Below are positions 23,885-36,572 of a DNA stretch of 64,000 nt, piece after piece. The translations under genes were made by a program, and so were the position numbers. The notes beneath the pieces are model-generated. The model was not told the origin of the DNA. It was given only the letters and a program-made list of their open reading frames with translations, and made no database searches. The stretch covers positions 1,426,001-1,490,000 of the forward strand of contig NC_045720.1 in the NCBI RefSeq assembly GCF_009834535.1, given 5' to 3'. This DNA comes from Camelus ferus (Eukaryota). Numbering within the stretch: position 1 is the first letter of the stretch; each line of letters opens with the position of its first letter.

Positions 23885-26194
23885 GACATTCTAACATGTG
23901 TGTAGTGGTATCTCGCTGCTGTCTCAGTTTGCATGTTCCTAATGAACGGGAGATACTGAGCATCCTCTGTTTTTTACGCCTTTGTGTTTCTTCAGTCAAG
24001 CATCTGTTCAGATCCTTCTGCTCCCTTGTTCCCTCTGGGCTGTTCATCTTATTTGTAAGAGTGATAAATGCATTTTAGATACAACTTCTTAGGCGGATGT
24101 ATATTTTGCAACTGTTTTCTTCCAGCGTGGCTTGCCTTTTCATTTTGATAACAGTATTTTGTAGAGAGTGGAAGTTTTTTATTTTGATGAAGCCCAGTTT
24201 ATTGATTTCTTCTCGTAGAGTTTGTAGATTGTAAGAACTTTTTGCCACACCCAAGGTCACCAAGATTTCCTCATGTTTTCTTATAGACTCTCTATAAGTT
24301 TAGCACTTCGGTGAGGTCCACAATCCACTTGGAGTTCATTTTTATGTCTGGTGTGAGGTCCAGCTTGAAATTCAATTTTGCTTATGTCCACCCTCATTGG
24401 CTGAAGAAGTTATCCTCTCTGTGTTGAAATGACTTAGTACTTTGTCAAAACTCAGTGACCTCATTCGTGGGATCTGTTTCTGGGCTCTCTGTTCTGTTCC
24501 GTAGGTCTGTATGTTTATTTTGACACCAGAACTATGCTGTTGTGATCATATTAAGACCTAAAATCAGGTAGTATGAGGCCTCCAAATTTTATCTTTTTTT
24601 TTCTTTTCAAAATTGTTTTGGCTATTCCAGGTCTTCCTCATTTCCATATAAATTTTAGAATCAGCTTGTTAATTTCTACACAAAAAGTCCTTGGGGCATT
24701 AATTGGGGTTGCATCTAATCTGTAGATCAGTTAGGGGAGAACTCACATCTTAACACTGAGCATCCTGGTCGATGAATTTGGCACACCTTTCCATCTCACG
24801 AAGGCCTTTTGAAATTTATTTCAGCAACGTCTCTCAGTTCGCAGTAGACAGGGCTTGCACAGCTTTTGTCAAGATGCCTCCCAAACTAATTCACAGCACA
24901 GAACGCTATTGATAGATGCTATCTGCAGTTCTCAGTGATCCATTGTTGGTTGTCAGTATATAGAAATACAATTATTTTTTGCATATTAACTTTTTACCCT
25001 GTAATCTTGCTAAACCGACTTAGTTCCAGAAGGGCTTTTTTGTTGTTGTGCATTTCCTGGAATTTTCTATTTATTTCCGTCTTGTCTTCTGAAAAAATAG
25101 GGGCAGTTTTATTGCTTCTCCTTCTGTCTTTGTGTCTTTTTCTTGCCTTATTGCACGGACAGGCTCCTAGTACGAAGCTGAGTAAGGATGACCGGAGAGG
25201 ATGTCGCTGCTCTGTTCCTGAGATTAGGGGGAAGCATTCAGTCTTACACATTGAATATGATGTTAGCTGTAGGGTTTTTGCAGAAGCCCTCTATCAGGCT
25301 GAGGAAGTTCCCTTTTAGTCCTAGTCTGCTGAGAGGTTTTGTTTCTTTTAAAATCAGAAATGGATGTTACATTTTGTCAAATATTTTTTTCTGCATCTAT
25401 GTAGATGAGCATCTTTGTGACACTGTGAATCACACTTACTGATTTTCGAACTTTAAACCAATCTTGCGCTTTGTCATTTTGTATTTCTGTTTTGGTATTG
25501 TTGGATTTGTTCAATACACTTTTGTTTATAATTTTTACATCTGTGTTCATGAGGGATACTGGTCTGTAGTTGCTGGGGTTTTTTCCCTGTAATGTCTGTG
25601 TCTGGGGTTGGTATCAGGGTGATGATGCTCACCACCCAGGTGAGTGGGACGTATTTCTTATTTTTCAGGAGGGATTGTATAGAGTTGATATGGTCCTTTC
25701 CTCAAGTGCTTTGCAGAATGCACTTGCGTTTTCTCTGTGGGAAGATTTCTAACAACATGTTCAGTGTCTTCAAAAGACAGGGGGATAGTCAGGCTACATA
25801 GTTCTCGTCCATTTCATCTAAGTTTATAGAATTTATTGGCATCGTGTCATTCATAATATTCCCTTATTACACTTGTAATATTGTTGTGACCTGTTGTAAA
25901 GCTCTCTTTCTCATTCCTGATGCTAGTGATCTGCTCCATCTCTTTCCATCTGAACAGTCTGGTTAGGGGTTTAAAAATTATGCTGATGTTCTCAAAACTC
26001 CGCAGTTTGATCTCTATTCATTTTCTTCTTCTATTTCCTTGGCGTTTTTCCTTTTATGTTTATCATTTCCTTTATTTTGTTACTTGTGGTTTAATGTGCT
26101 CTAGTTTCTAAAGGTGGGATCACAGATCATTGTGTCATTTAGAGCCAAAACTTTCCCTCTAAACATCGCTTTAGCTGCATCCACTAACTTTGAT

Positions 26195-28030
26195 ATTTTT
26201 TTTTTATTGAAGTAGAGTTGATTTACAATGTTGTGTTAGTTTCTGGTGTATAGCAAAGTTATTCAGTTATACATATACAAATATTTTTCTCAGATTCTTT
26301 TCCACTATAGGTTATTACAAGGTATTGAATATAGTTCCCTGTGCTGTACAGAAGGATCTTGTTGTTTTTCTATTCTATACATAGTGATTTGTATCTGCTA
26401 ATCCCAAACTCCCAATTTATCCCTCTTCATCTTTCCCCTTTGGTAATCATAAGTTTGTTTTCTATGTCTGTGAGTCTGTTTCTGTTTTATGAATAAGCTC
26501 ATTTGTATCATTTTTTAGATTCCACATATAAGTGCTGTCATGTGCTATTTGTCTTCCTCTGTCTGACTTACTTCACTTAGNNNNNNNNNNNNNNNNNNNN
26601 NNNNNNNNNNNNNNNNNNNNNNNNNNNNNNNNNNNNNNNNNNNNNNNNNNNNNNNNNNNNNNNNNNNNNNNNNNNNNNNNNNNNNNNNNNNNNNNNNNNN
26701 NNNNNNNNNNNNNNNNNNNNNNNNNNNNNNNNNNTCCTCTGACAATGGACATTTAGTTTGAGTTCATGTCTTAGCTATTGTAAATATTGCTTCTATGAAA
26801 ACTAGGGAGCAAATATGCTGTCAAATTAGAGTTACNNNNNNNNNNNNNNNNNNNNNNNNNNNNNNNNNNNNNNNNNNNNNNNNNNNNNNNNNNNNNNNNN
26901 NNNNNNNNNNNNNNNNNNNNNNNNNNNNNNNNNNNNNNNNNNNNNNNNNNNNNNNNNNNNNNNNNNNNNNNNNNNNNNNNNNNNNNNNNNNNGTATTATT
27001 GTTTGTGGATTTTTTAATGATGGCCATTCTGACTGGTATGAGGTGATACTTTATTGTAGTTTTGATTTGTATCTCTCTGATAATTAGTGATATTGAGTAT
27101 CTTTTCATGAGCCTATTGGCCATCTGTATGTCTGTTTTGGAGAAACGTCTGTTTAGGTTTTCTGCTTTTTTTTTTTTTTTTTTGAATGGGTTGTTTCTTT
27201 TTTCTAAATTTTTATTGTCGTTATTGAGTTGTATGAGCTATTTGTATATTTGCATATTTTGGAAATTAAGCTGTTATCAGTCACATCATTTGCAAATATT
27301 TTCTCCCAGTCCATAGGTTGTTGTGTTGTTTAAGGTTTACTTTGCTGTTAAAAAGCTTATAAGTTTACTTAGGTTCTGTTTGTTTATTTTTACTTTTATT
27401 TCTAATGCCTTGGGAGACTAACCTAAGGCAACACTGCTATGATTTATGTCAAGGAATGTTTTACCTATGGTCTCTTTTAGGAGATTTATGGTGTCCTGCC
27501 TTATGTTTAAGCTATTTTGAGTTTATTTTTTGCGGCTGGTGTGAGGGTGTTCTAATTTCATTGATTTACAGGCAGCTGTCCAGCTTTCCCAGCACCACTT
27601 GTCAAAGAGACCATCTTTTCTCCATTGCATATTCTTGCCTCCTTCATCGGAGATGANNNNNNNNNNNNNNNNNNNNNNNNNNNNNNNNNNNNNNNNNNNN
27701 NNNNNNNNNNNNNNNNNNNNNNNNNNNNNNNNNNNNNNNNNNNNNNNNNNNNNNNNNNNNNNNNNNNNNNNNNNNNNNNNNNNNNNNNNNNNNNNNNNNN
27801 NNNNNNNNNNNNNNNNNNNNNNGGGAGGGTTGTGCCTCCAGCTTTGTTCTTTTTCCTCAGGATTGCTTTGCAAAATCTGAGTCTTGTGTGATTCCATATA
27901 AACGTTAGGATTACTTGTTCTAGTTCTGTGAAAAATATCCTGGCTAATTTGCTAAGAATCACAGTGAATCTGTAGATTGCTTTGGGTAGTGTGGCCATTT
28001 TGACAATAAAACCCTTCCAATCTGAAAGCA
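26195..28030 (-). mobile_element. Younger cetartiodactyl-type L1 (3' end plus ORF2 C-terminal remnants), interrupted by gaps
   Basis: Poly-T then attgaagtagagttgatttacaatgttgtgttagtttctgg; ORF2 peptides [33 protein letters not shown] and [14 protein letters not shown]; N gaps at about 26581-26733, 26836-26992 and 27657-27822. Confidence 0.9.
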
Positions 28031-28394
28031 TAGATATGTTTCCACTTCTGTATAGTCATCGTCAGGCCTCCACAGCCCACCCGCTGGGCAGCTCTGTCCT
28101 GTGACATCTAGCTGCTTCGATCTCCACGAACCCTCCTCTTGTCTCCTCAGTCCAGGAGACCTTGGGCTTGGTTTGGGCACTCCCGCCCCTGCGCTGCGGC
28201 CGGACCTCCTTCATCTGTCCCCCTGCGGTGCAGGACCACCCCTCTGCTGCCTGTTATGCAATAGCGGGGAACCACTGTTTCATTCATTTTGCCCCATTTT
28301 CCAGTTGTTTAAATGCAAGGCGGTAAATCCAGTTTCCATGAACTCACCCTGACCTGATGCTAAAGCCCACAACACTCTGGTTTTGGCCCACACG

Positions 28395-28505
28395 TTTATT
28401 TTACACCCCGTTAGAGTGTGAGCTTCATGAGACCCAGAATATTTGGGAAAGTTTCTGTTTTATCCTCAACTCCCGGCACCTGTTGCATCTCAGTAACTAT
28501 TTGGC
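28395..28505 (+). mobile_element. L2 3' fragment
   Basis: ttagagtgtgagcttcatgagacc...cggcacctgttgcatctcagtaactatttg. Confidence 0.5.
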
Positions 28506-29019
28506 AATAGGGTGACCAACCATCCCAGTCTGTCCAGAAAGAGCGCCCACTCAGCTCTGGAGGCTAACTGCCTAGGGCCCCCCAAAATAGTTCGTCTCTT
28601 TTAAAGAAAAAAAAAAAAAGAACTTTTAGGGCCAAAGGAAAACGCCGCATGTTTTCTTTTCTTTCTCACATTAGGAGAAAAAGAAAAATGTAGGGCTCAG
28701 GGAATCTTACATTTTGGCTTAACCATTATTCCCGTGGGAGGGGCCCATGAAATAAGAGGATCCTTTCAGACTTGCTTTTCCACTTTGTTAGGTGGGAACA
28801 GGGGTGGGAACCGAAGCCCAGACATGCCCGGTAATGTGCCGAGGTCACATAGCAGGTAAAGCGGGACCCAGAAGCCTGAAAAGAAAGCGTTAGCGCCCCG
28901 CCTCCCACCCCCGCAGCTCCACGTAACCCACCTGCAAAACTGGGGGGTGGGGGCGGCCGCTGGGGTGCGGGGCCGACTACGTAACGCTGCGGGGTGAGTG
29001 GGCGAAGTGCATCTGGTGG

Positions 29020-29420
29020 AAGAAGGAGGGAGGGAGGGAGGGAGGGAGGGGCAGAAGATTCGGCCCTCCGTGCAGGTGGCCCGTGACGTGTCTGGATGGT
29101 GCACCTGCTTCTGAGGTCGCGTGGGTTTCCGGGCATGGTTGGCTGTCCGCGGTGTCCAAGCGTCGGGACGCCGGGGCTGGAGCCGCGGTGCCCGCGGGAG
29201 ACCGGAGCCGTCGAGCAGGGGGCGGGCGGGGCAGGGGGCGGGGCGGGGCGGGGCGGGGCGGGGCTTGCGGGGCGGTCACGCGCGGCGGGCGGCTCTGCCG
29301 GGGCGGCGCTGCGGCGCTGCCACTGCGGGGCTCGGAGGGACGCGCTGCCAGGCGGGCGCGGCCGCGGGTGAGTCCTGGGCGCAGCGGGGGCTCAGTGCGG
29401 TGAAGGTCACCACAGCTGAG
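29020..29420 (+). promoter_or_regulatory. LYNX1 CpG-island promoter and probable non-coding first exon
   Basis: CpG-dense; (GGGA)n at about 29027-29050; tandem GGGGCGGGGC GC boxes at about 29218-29262; donor GTGAGT at 29368. Confidence 0.75.
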
Positions 29421-29867
29421 GTCACCCGGCAGCCTCCCCTCCCAACTTGGGACTGCAGTCTCGGGGGCAGGGCTCACCGGGAAGGGGCGGGAAGCGCTGG
29501 AGCCGCAGGCCCGGCCTTACTCAGACCTTGGACATCCCGAGGTTGACGCCCGGAAAATGGGTCATAGAAGATGGATTTGTTGTTCTCGGGAAGGAGAGAG
29601 TCTAATTTAGTCGCCAGGGCGAGGAACCGAGGCTCAAATATCCCCGCCGGAGGAGGGGAGTCGTAGTCCAGATCCTCCCCCCAACCCCTTCCCAGAGAGT
29701 GGGCATCTCCCTTCCCAAACACCAAATCCAGACAGGGCCGTTCTGTTGTCTTCCCCAAGTGCCCTCCTGGGGGGCATTCGAAGCGCGTCCCCCTACAGGC
29801 TGGACAGAGCCCATGGCTGCCTGGAGCTCCACAGTGGCGGAGGACCCAGGGCGCCAGGCAGGGCTCT

Positions 29868-29932
29868 GGAGGTCTCCCTGGGAGAGGGGCCCAAGCTGGG
29901 AGGTCTCCCTGGGAGAGGGGCCCAAGCTGGGA
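29868..29932. repeat. Perfect 31-bp tandem duplication in LYNX1 intron 1
   Basis: ggaggtctccctgggagaggggcccaagctg x2. Confidence 0.95.
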
Positions 29933-30570
29933 CCTGAAAGTATCAGGAAGTGGGGAACCCACTCAGGCACGTGCCAGAAGCAAGGGGAAGGGGAATAGTG
30001 GGGATAAACCCACTCCTCCGGCGTCCTGCCCTGGCCGGTCATCCTGTACCCCGCCCTGGGCTGTGAGACGGCTGTGTGCCAAACTCCCATAAGGCCCCTG
30101 CATCAACCATCCCCGGGGTAAAGTGTGGGTTTTGGCCTGGCATTCAAGGCCCTCCAGCCCCCTAGTCTCCCCTTGACACCCCCACCCCACCCCTTCTCTG
30201 ACAGTGCCTCTTTCCGTGGCCTCAGTTTTGCAGGCACTGCTCTCTCTGGTTGGAAAGTCCCACCCCTGCTTCCTTCTCATCTCATTTTGTCTCCTGCTCC
30301 AGGAAGCCTTCCCCAACTCCCAGGCTGAGTTGGGTGGCTCCTCTGGCCACCAGCACCCCTGCCCAAGTCCCCTTGTGGGTCCCTCAGGCCCACAGTGACC
30401 ACCGGTCCTCGTCCCCCTCTGTGCAGGGCTGCAGTGCCTCCAGTAGACCAGGAGCTTCCAGAGGGCAGGGGGTGGCCCTGCCCACTATGCACCCTGCCCC
30501 AACCCCGGCCTGAGTTGAATCAAGGACCAGCTGCTGTCCACTTGTCCACTCTGCCCTCTCGCCTCCAGCC

Positions 30571-31333
30571 ATGGCACCCCTGCTCACCCTGCTCCTGGTG
30601 GCCCTGGCTGGCCTGCCTCTGGGTAAGATGGATGGAAGACGAGGAGTGGACCAACCCCCTTTGGGGGCAGGCAGGCTGCAAGTGGGGAGGGAGGCCAGAA
30701 TGCCTGGGGGCCACCTCTCCTTCCAGCTGTTCTGCTCTGGGGAGGGTGATGGAACCAAGGGGCTGATGGGCTAGAGGCAGGGCCTCTCCCTGTTCTGTGA
30801 CCCCATCCCCTGGCCCCAAGCCCAGGCTCTGGACTGCCACGTGTGCGCCTACAATGGAGAGAACTGCTTCAACCCCACGCGCTGCCCGGCCATGGTCACC
30901 TACTGTATGACCACACGCACTTGTGAGTCAGTGGGGTGCTCTGCACAGCCCTCCCTGGGGAGCATAGGGGCCTGCTTCTCCTGCCCTGCGAAGTGTGGGG
31001 GAGGCTGAGGAGGGAGGCTCCCATCTGCCCCAGGATCCCCCGGGAGCCCCCGGCTGAGGGGAACCTGGCCTAATGGCCCTGCGAGCTGGGGTTGGCCCCT
31101 CTCAGGGTCCTGACCTTCCCCTCTACCCCTCTGCAGACTACACCCCGACTAGGATGAAGGTGAGCAAGTCATGTGTGACCAGCTGCTTTGAAACCGTGTA
31201 CGATGGCTACTCCAAGCACGCATCCACCACGGCCTGCTGCCAGTACGACCTCTGTAACGGCGCCAGCCTCGCTGCCCCCATGACCCTGGCCCTGGCTCTT
31301 ATTCTCCTGGCCACCTTCTGGGGTCTGCTCTGA
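30571..31333 (+). CDS. LYNX1: Ly6/neurotoxin 1 (116 aa GPI-anchored nAChR modulator)
   Basis: Exons 30571-30622, 30821-30922, 31137-31333. [116 protein letters not shown]. Confidence 0.98.
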
Positions 31334-34300
31334 AGCCCTGTCCTGTCTGCCGCAGACCCACTCAAGGACAAAACTCTGAGCAGCAAGGCCCCATCCTCTC
31401 TGCCTGCACACCCCACCCACCCTCTGCCCACCCTGAGACCCCCCCCAGCCACACCTGGCACTATCTGCAAGAGGACTCCTGAACTTCCCCAGCCACTGCA
31501 GGGCCTGCTTCTGGTCATGACCTGCCGTTTTCAAAAGGCTATTGTGGGACCACACTTCCCAAGGCATCTGGCCTTGCTGGGGCAGCCCAGCCCCTCCCCT
31601 GTCCAAGGATCGGGGCATCAGCAAAGTGTGCTGTTTATGAGTCTTCAGTTGGCCAGAAAACACTGATTTGAAGGGAGATGTGCACACCTTCCTGGGAGAC
31701 ATGCTCACCTTCCTGGCCGCCGTGGGAGCAAGGCTCTGTCCTGAAGGTGTGCTGGAGGGAAAGAGGAGATTAGGGACCCAGGGGGTGGAGGACAGTCCTA
31801 GGAGGAGGGCTCTCCAGGGCCCCAGGAGGGCTGTCTCTGTGCCTCTGACAGAGGCCAGGAGCTGCCCAGGGCAGATGAGGCATGGAGGACTGAGCCAGGA
31901 AGGCCTTTGTCCCTGTCAGCATCCCAGGGAGGGGTCCCAGGCCCTCATGTCCAGGCAGCCCTTGGCAGGGGAGGGGCTAGCTCAGCCTAAAGAGGCCCCT
32001 GAGGCCCCTCCAGCCCCGGGAGCTGGTTCTGGGTCCTGTGAGGGCTCTGTCCCTTCCTGCTCAGCCAAATCCTTGAGCTTTGCCACTCCCCACCCGGCAC
32101 TGCGCGCATGCACAGGGCCTGAGCCCGGACAGGCCAGGCTATATTTGATTGAGCCTGAGAGCTGATCCCAGGGCTATTTTGGGCCAAGAGGGAAGGGTGC
32201 AGAGCGGTGACCGCCGGAGGCCTTGCCTTGGGCCCTTGCAGGCCGTGGCAGAGCGCACCCCTTTACAGAGGGAGGGAACTTGGCCGAGGGAAGGAGGAGA
32301 TACGCCCACCTAAGTCAGACAGCCGGGTTGGGGGGCCGCGGGCAAGGCGTATCCTTGACCCGGAGTGAGGTGCCTTCTCCTGGACACTCCGGGCTGTGGG
32401 CGGCAGGGGCGGGCTGGGTCCGTGGGACGGAAGGGGAATGTGGGGTCTGGGGAGGAGGGCAGGGGGAGGTGGAATCCCAGGAAGGAGGGAGGGAGATGTG
32501 GGGTTGAGGAAAGAAGGGAAGAGGACTGGGTTCGTGGATGGAGGGTGCTGAGGGCCACTCCCTCCCCGCGCAGCCTGGATTTCCTCTGCATCCTTGCGCT
32601 GAAGGACCAGTGTCCACACCTGGCTTCTGGCAGGCCCCTCTGGTCTGGCCTGCGGGCCTGGCCGGTAGCAGGATCCTGACTGAGCGAGTGCGAGGTGCGC
32701 TGGCCTTGGCCTTGGCCTGGAAGGCCGTGCCAGCCAACGTGAGGGTTTCCGTGGGCCGCTTGACCTCTGCCTGCCAGTGGAGAGGGTGGGAGCAGCACAC
32801 CAGCTGGAGCTCAGGGAGTGGCTCTCATACGCCCCCAATCCAGCCGGGAGTTGGGACCCCCCAAGGGCCCAAGAATGGGCGTTATTTTAAGGGCACCCAC
32901 CCCAGGTGAGCCCCCCTTCCCCAACAGGTTGGGGAAGCATGTGTTTGCCCAGCATCTGCCCTTCTGGGTAAGGGTGGCCCAGGGAGCCGGGGCCTTCCAG
33001 TGAGGCCCGGCAGGATGTGCTGCGTTGTGTCAGGGTCAAACAGCACCTGAGGCCACCTCACTTGACCAGTGACCCCTGTTCCGGTGTCCACTGAGGGACC
33101 TGAGGAGCTCCTTCAAGCTGGCCTCGCCCAAGAGGGCAGGATGGTGGCAGATGCCCACGTCGGGGGCTGTCCCTGGAACTCAGAAGCCTTTGGCCCCAAA
33201 GCATGGCCTCTGTCAGGGGAACCAGTGCTGAAAATTCCCTCTTGAGAGCTTCCCTCCAGGACTGCCAGACCTCAGGGTACCCTCGGCAGGCCCGGGCTGG
33301 ACTTCCCAGAGGGCCAGGAGGCAGAAGGAGCTGCACCCCAAGGATGGCTGACAGCAGGCCAGCTGCCTCCTCCCCTTAGGCCCCGACAGGAGCGAGCCCC
33401 TCCCTGGAGGGGGGCTGGGAGGAAGCTAGAGCCCACCCCTGACCCCCGGGAGTGGTCTGCCTGAGGGAAATGGCCGCTGAGTTGGCTGCAGGGCCAGCTC
33501 AGCTCCAGTCACTGGTGGGGAGGGAGGGCAGCCGTGGGCAGACTGCCCTCCTGACTCAGTGGGAGAGGCCTGGGGAACGGCTGCTGCCCTGCCTGTGCAA
33601 GCACTTTGTCCCGGGTCTGGTCTTGCCTCCCTCCCCCCCCAACCCAGTGGGTGTGGGAGTAGACCCCTGCCTGGCCACCTGTGGGCTTCTGGGGTTGCTG
33701 AGAGCAGGGACCCAGCAAAGGCTGGGCAGGTGTGGTGTTGTGGGAGCATCTTACACCTGCCTCCTGCATCCGTCTGTCCATCCCTCCGCCACCCTGACCC
33801 ATCCCATCCCGTCCCAACACTCACCTCCCTGCCCCCGGCCCCGGGGACCATGCGGCCCACCCCTCCCCCGTAGACTGGGTTCCTCGTGGCCTGGCTGTCT
33901 TCCGAAGCCAGCACAGGGCCCCCAGGTGTTCGGCTCCTGCCCAGGCCAGGCCCCCTAGTGGGAGGTGCGTGGCGCTGCAAAAAGGGGACTCAGCAGCGCC
34001 CTTAGAGTCAAACAAGAAAACTCAGGCGGGCTGCGTCTGCAAGGGTGGGAGCTGACGCCTGCCCAGCTTCCCCGCGTTCCGGAGCTCAGCGCCTCCACGA
34101 CAGCCCTGCAAGGTAGGAGCCGATAGCATGGCCCTTTCGCAGATGAGGAAACTGAGACACGGAGAGGTAAGATGGCAGCCCCCCAAGGCGGGCCAGACCC
34201 CTTGCCCCGCAACTGCACCCCCGCCCCACTGTGGAGAGGAGAGGAGTGCCGGGAAGGAGGCTTTCTGAAGTTTAAGACCCTCTTAGCATGTTAAGTACTC

Positions 34301-34959
34301 AAAGCAGCCTAGAGCCAGGAAAGCTTAGGAGGAGAAACTGGAAACAGGAGGTTTGAGAAGCCGTGCAGGCCAGAGTCAGGCACCTAGACCTGTGTCAGGA
34401 TGCCGGGCCAGGGGTGGAGAAGCAGAGAGAGGAGGCAGAGGGGCACCAGGCACCCCCGGCTTGCCTGGCCCGGACCCGTTCCCCACCTGTGTCGGGACCG
34501 TGGGTCCCTGTGGGGACCTCTCCGACAAAAACAAGAGCCTGTGCAGTACAGGCAGGTGCCCAAGCTCTCCTTGTAGCTCCTTGTGCAGCCTGCATGTCTC
34601 AGGAGTGGCTCCTTGACTCGGCAGACGGCACCTCCCATGGATTCTCGCGTTGTCCATTCACCTGGGGTGAGGCTGAGAAGGTGGTGCTGCAACTTCGACC
34701 TGGGGACGGGTCAGGTCTGGCCCCGTTGCGTGAGGACGGCGTGAGGAGGGTGTGAGCTCGCCGCTCTGCCCCTGCTGGAGGGGAGGCCAGACCAGCTGCT
34801 TCCCCACCCGCCTTTGTACTGGCTGATCTGTGGTGATGAACGTGTGTTTTCTTCCTGATTCTAAAATTCTGCAAAAGGTGAAAAGAAGCTGAGAGGCCTC
34901 TGTATTTTTAATGCCCCCACACCCCCGGCAAGCCTTGTTGGGTCTTGTAGCTCCGGCTG

Positions 34960-35090
34960 ATCTGGGGCTGGTTGTTCACATCTTTGAGCCTCAGTTGTCT
35001 CATTGATAAAATAGTTCCCACTAAGCTGGGGCCCCGTGAGCATCAACGAGGCTGTGGGTATAAGGGCCTATCCCGGGGCCTGGCACACCA
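34960..35090 (+). mobile_element. MIR fragment in the LYNX1 3' region
   Basis: tctttgagcctcagttgtctcattgataaaat...gtgagcatcaacgag...ggcctggcacac. Confidence 0.6.
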
Positions 35091-35755
35091 GAGGCCCCAG
35101 ATGGACAGACTGATGGGTGGACGGATGGACAAATGGATGGATGTGCCCTTTCCCTTCTACCCCACTTCTCAAGATCCGACTACTTCCCAGGGCCGTGCCC
35201 CTGCCAGCAGCTGATGCCAGCCCCAAACCCTGACCCTGACCCTCACTCACACTGCTCCCTGCAGAGTCTCATGAGCACCTCCTGGAGCCAGTGAATGAAC
35301 TGGCGAGTACGTGCATCTGCTTTCTGTCCCCACCAGCCACCCGCCTGAGCGCCACCCCGCCTCTGTGGTCTGGTTTGGCTGGTCCTGCTGGCTCTGTCGG
35401 TCTTTGACTCCTGTCCACCCTGGCTCATCCAGCCTTGACATCAGAGCCAGCCCTGACCCAAGGCAGGGGAAGACCCACAGGAGGGGAGCCACAGGGAGCG
35501 GCAGGAGGCTCACTGGGCGCGGCCTCGTTTCCGGTTGGTCGTGGGAGTGAGGCCGACCTACCAACTCATCCAGTGGCTCCTTGAGAAAGCTTGGGGAGGG
35601 AGGTGGAACCCAGGAACCCACCCTACCACCTGGATTTCTGGCTCCTGACCCTGGTTCTTCCCAACTGCCTGGGAGCAGGGTCTGATTCTGCCCAGCCCCA
35701 GGAGCCACCAGATCGAGGGGTGGCCGAAAGCCACTCGGGCTGCCAGAGCAGACAC

Positions 35756-35761
35756 ATTAAA
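35756..35761 (+). terminator. Probable LYNX1 poly(A) signal (ATTAAA variant)
   Basis: First AATAAA/ATTAAA I could find after the LYNX1 stop; implies a 3'UTR of about 4.4 kb. Confidence 0.5.
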
Positions 35762-36499
35762 GCTCTCCTGGGCCGGAAGGGCTGACCCCCTTGGGGTGGC
35801 CACCTGTACGGCCCCCACGGTGCCCCAGACCCCACCTCTAAACCCCCAGCTTTTGGCAGAACTGTGTGGCTGGTTCCTGGCTCCCATGAAGCCTGGCTCT
35901 TGCTCTCAGGAGGGCCCTTCTGGGCTGTCACCCATCATAGGGACCCTCTTAATACCGGGGCCCTTTCTGCTCCCCACCCCCCAGCACTGGGCAAACACGC
36001 ACAGGTCCTGGGCCCTGCAATACGGTCATGATAATAACCAGGGACCAAGGTCCCTCGTGGCTCCCAGAGAGGCAGGCAGCTCACAACCGCCCCTTTTAGA
36101 GGGAGGCCCACTTAACAGGGAAACTGAGGACCATACGTTCTGGCTCTCTGGACGCAACTGGTCACCTAGCTCACCCCCGGGGGCGTGCTGGTGAAGGCCT
36201 CTGGGTGGGCCCAGCTCTGAACTCCTTTGCGTGTTAGGGGTGGGGCTGGGCTCGCTGGCCTGTGCCAGACTCTCCTTCCTGCTCCCCCAAGGAGACCAGG
36301 GGCTGTGTGCTGTGTGCCAACCGTCTTATGCGATCCCCAATTTTATACTTTGGGGACCAGGAAAGAAGTTCATGAGATTAAGCTAGGCTCTCCGGAGACC
36401 ACACAGCCATCAGCCTTGGGGCCAGGCTGGACCCCAGTGCTGTCCGGGCCCCAGTCCAGCTCCTCAGCTGAGCTGGCTGCGGGGTGACTGTGTGGGGAC

Positions 36500-36530
36500 C
36501 AGGCGGGGCGGAGCAGCTGCAGGTATAAGA
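36500..36530 (+). promoter_or_regulatory. SLURP2 promoter: GC box, E-box, TATA
   Basis: aggcggggcggagcagctgcaggTATAAga, about 50 bp before the ATG. Confidence 0.7.
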
Positions 36531-36572
36531 GCAGCCGGGCGCCCTGGGAGCCAGACCTCTCCCCAGGAGAAC

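Larger units (their letters stand above)
22880..28365 (-). mobile_element. Old fragmented L1M LINE-1 with younger L1 insertions nested inside
   Basis: AT-rich block; decayed ORF2 peptides (INKLGFIKIKNF, MCKTECFPLISG); L1M-type 3' end near 22900-23560 and 5'-end-like sequence near 28250-28365. Confidence 0.9.

Noticed and set aside
14086-27822. Four similar-length N runs (142-166 nt) as a biological pattern
   Set aside because: Assembly gaps within repeats; they also mean single-base lesions need read-level confirmation
26821-28031. L1 ORF2 peptides as a functional gene
   Set aside because: Fragmentary, frameshifted and interrupted by gaps
28101-28352. ORF with CFDLHEPSS and CCLLCN, reminiscent of LYPD2
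   Set aside because: Lies in the antisense 5'-end region of the old L1M; Cys spacing is wrong and there is no exon structure
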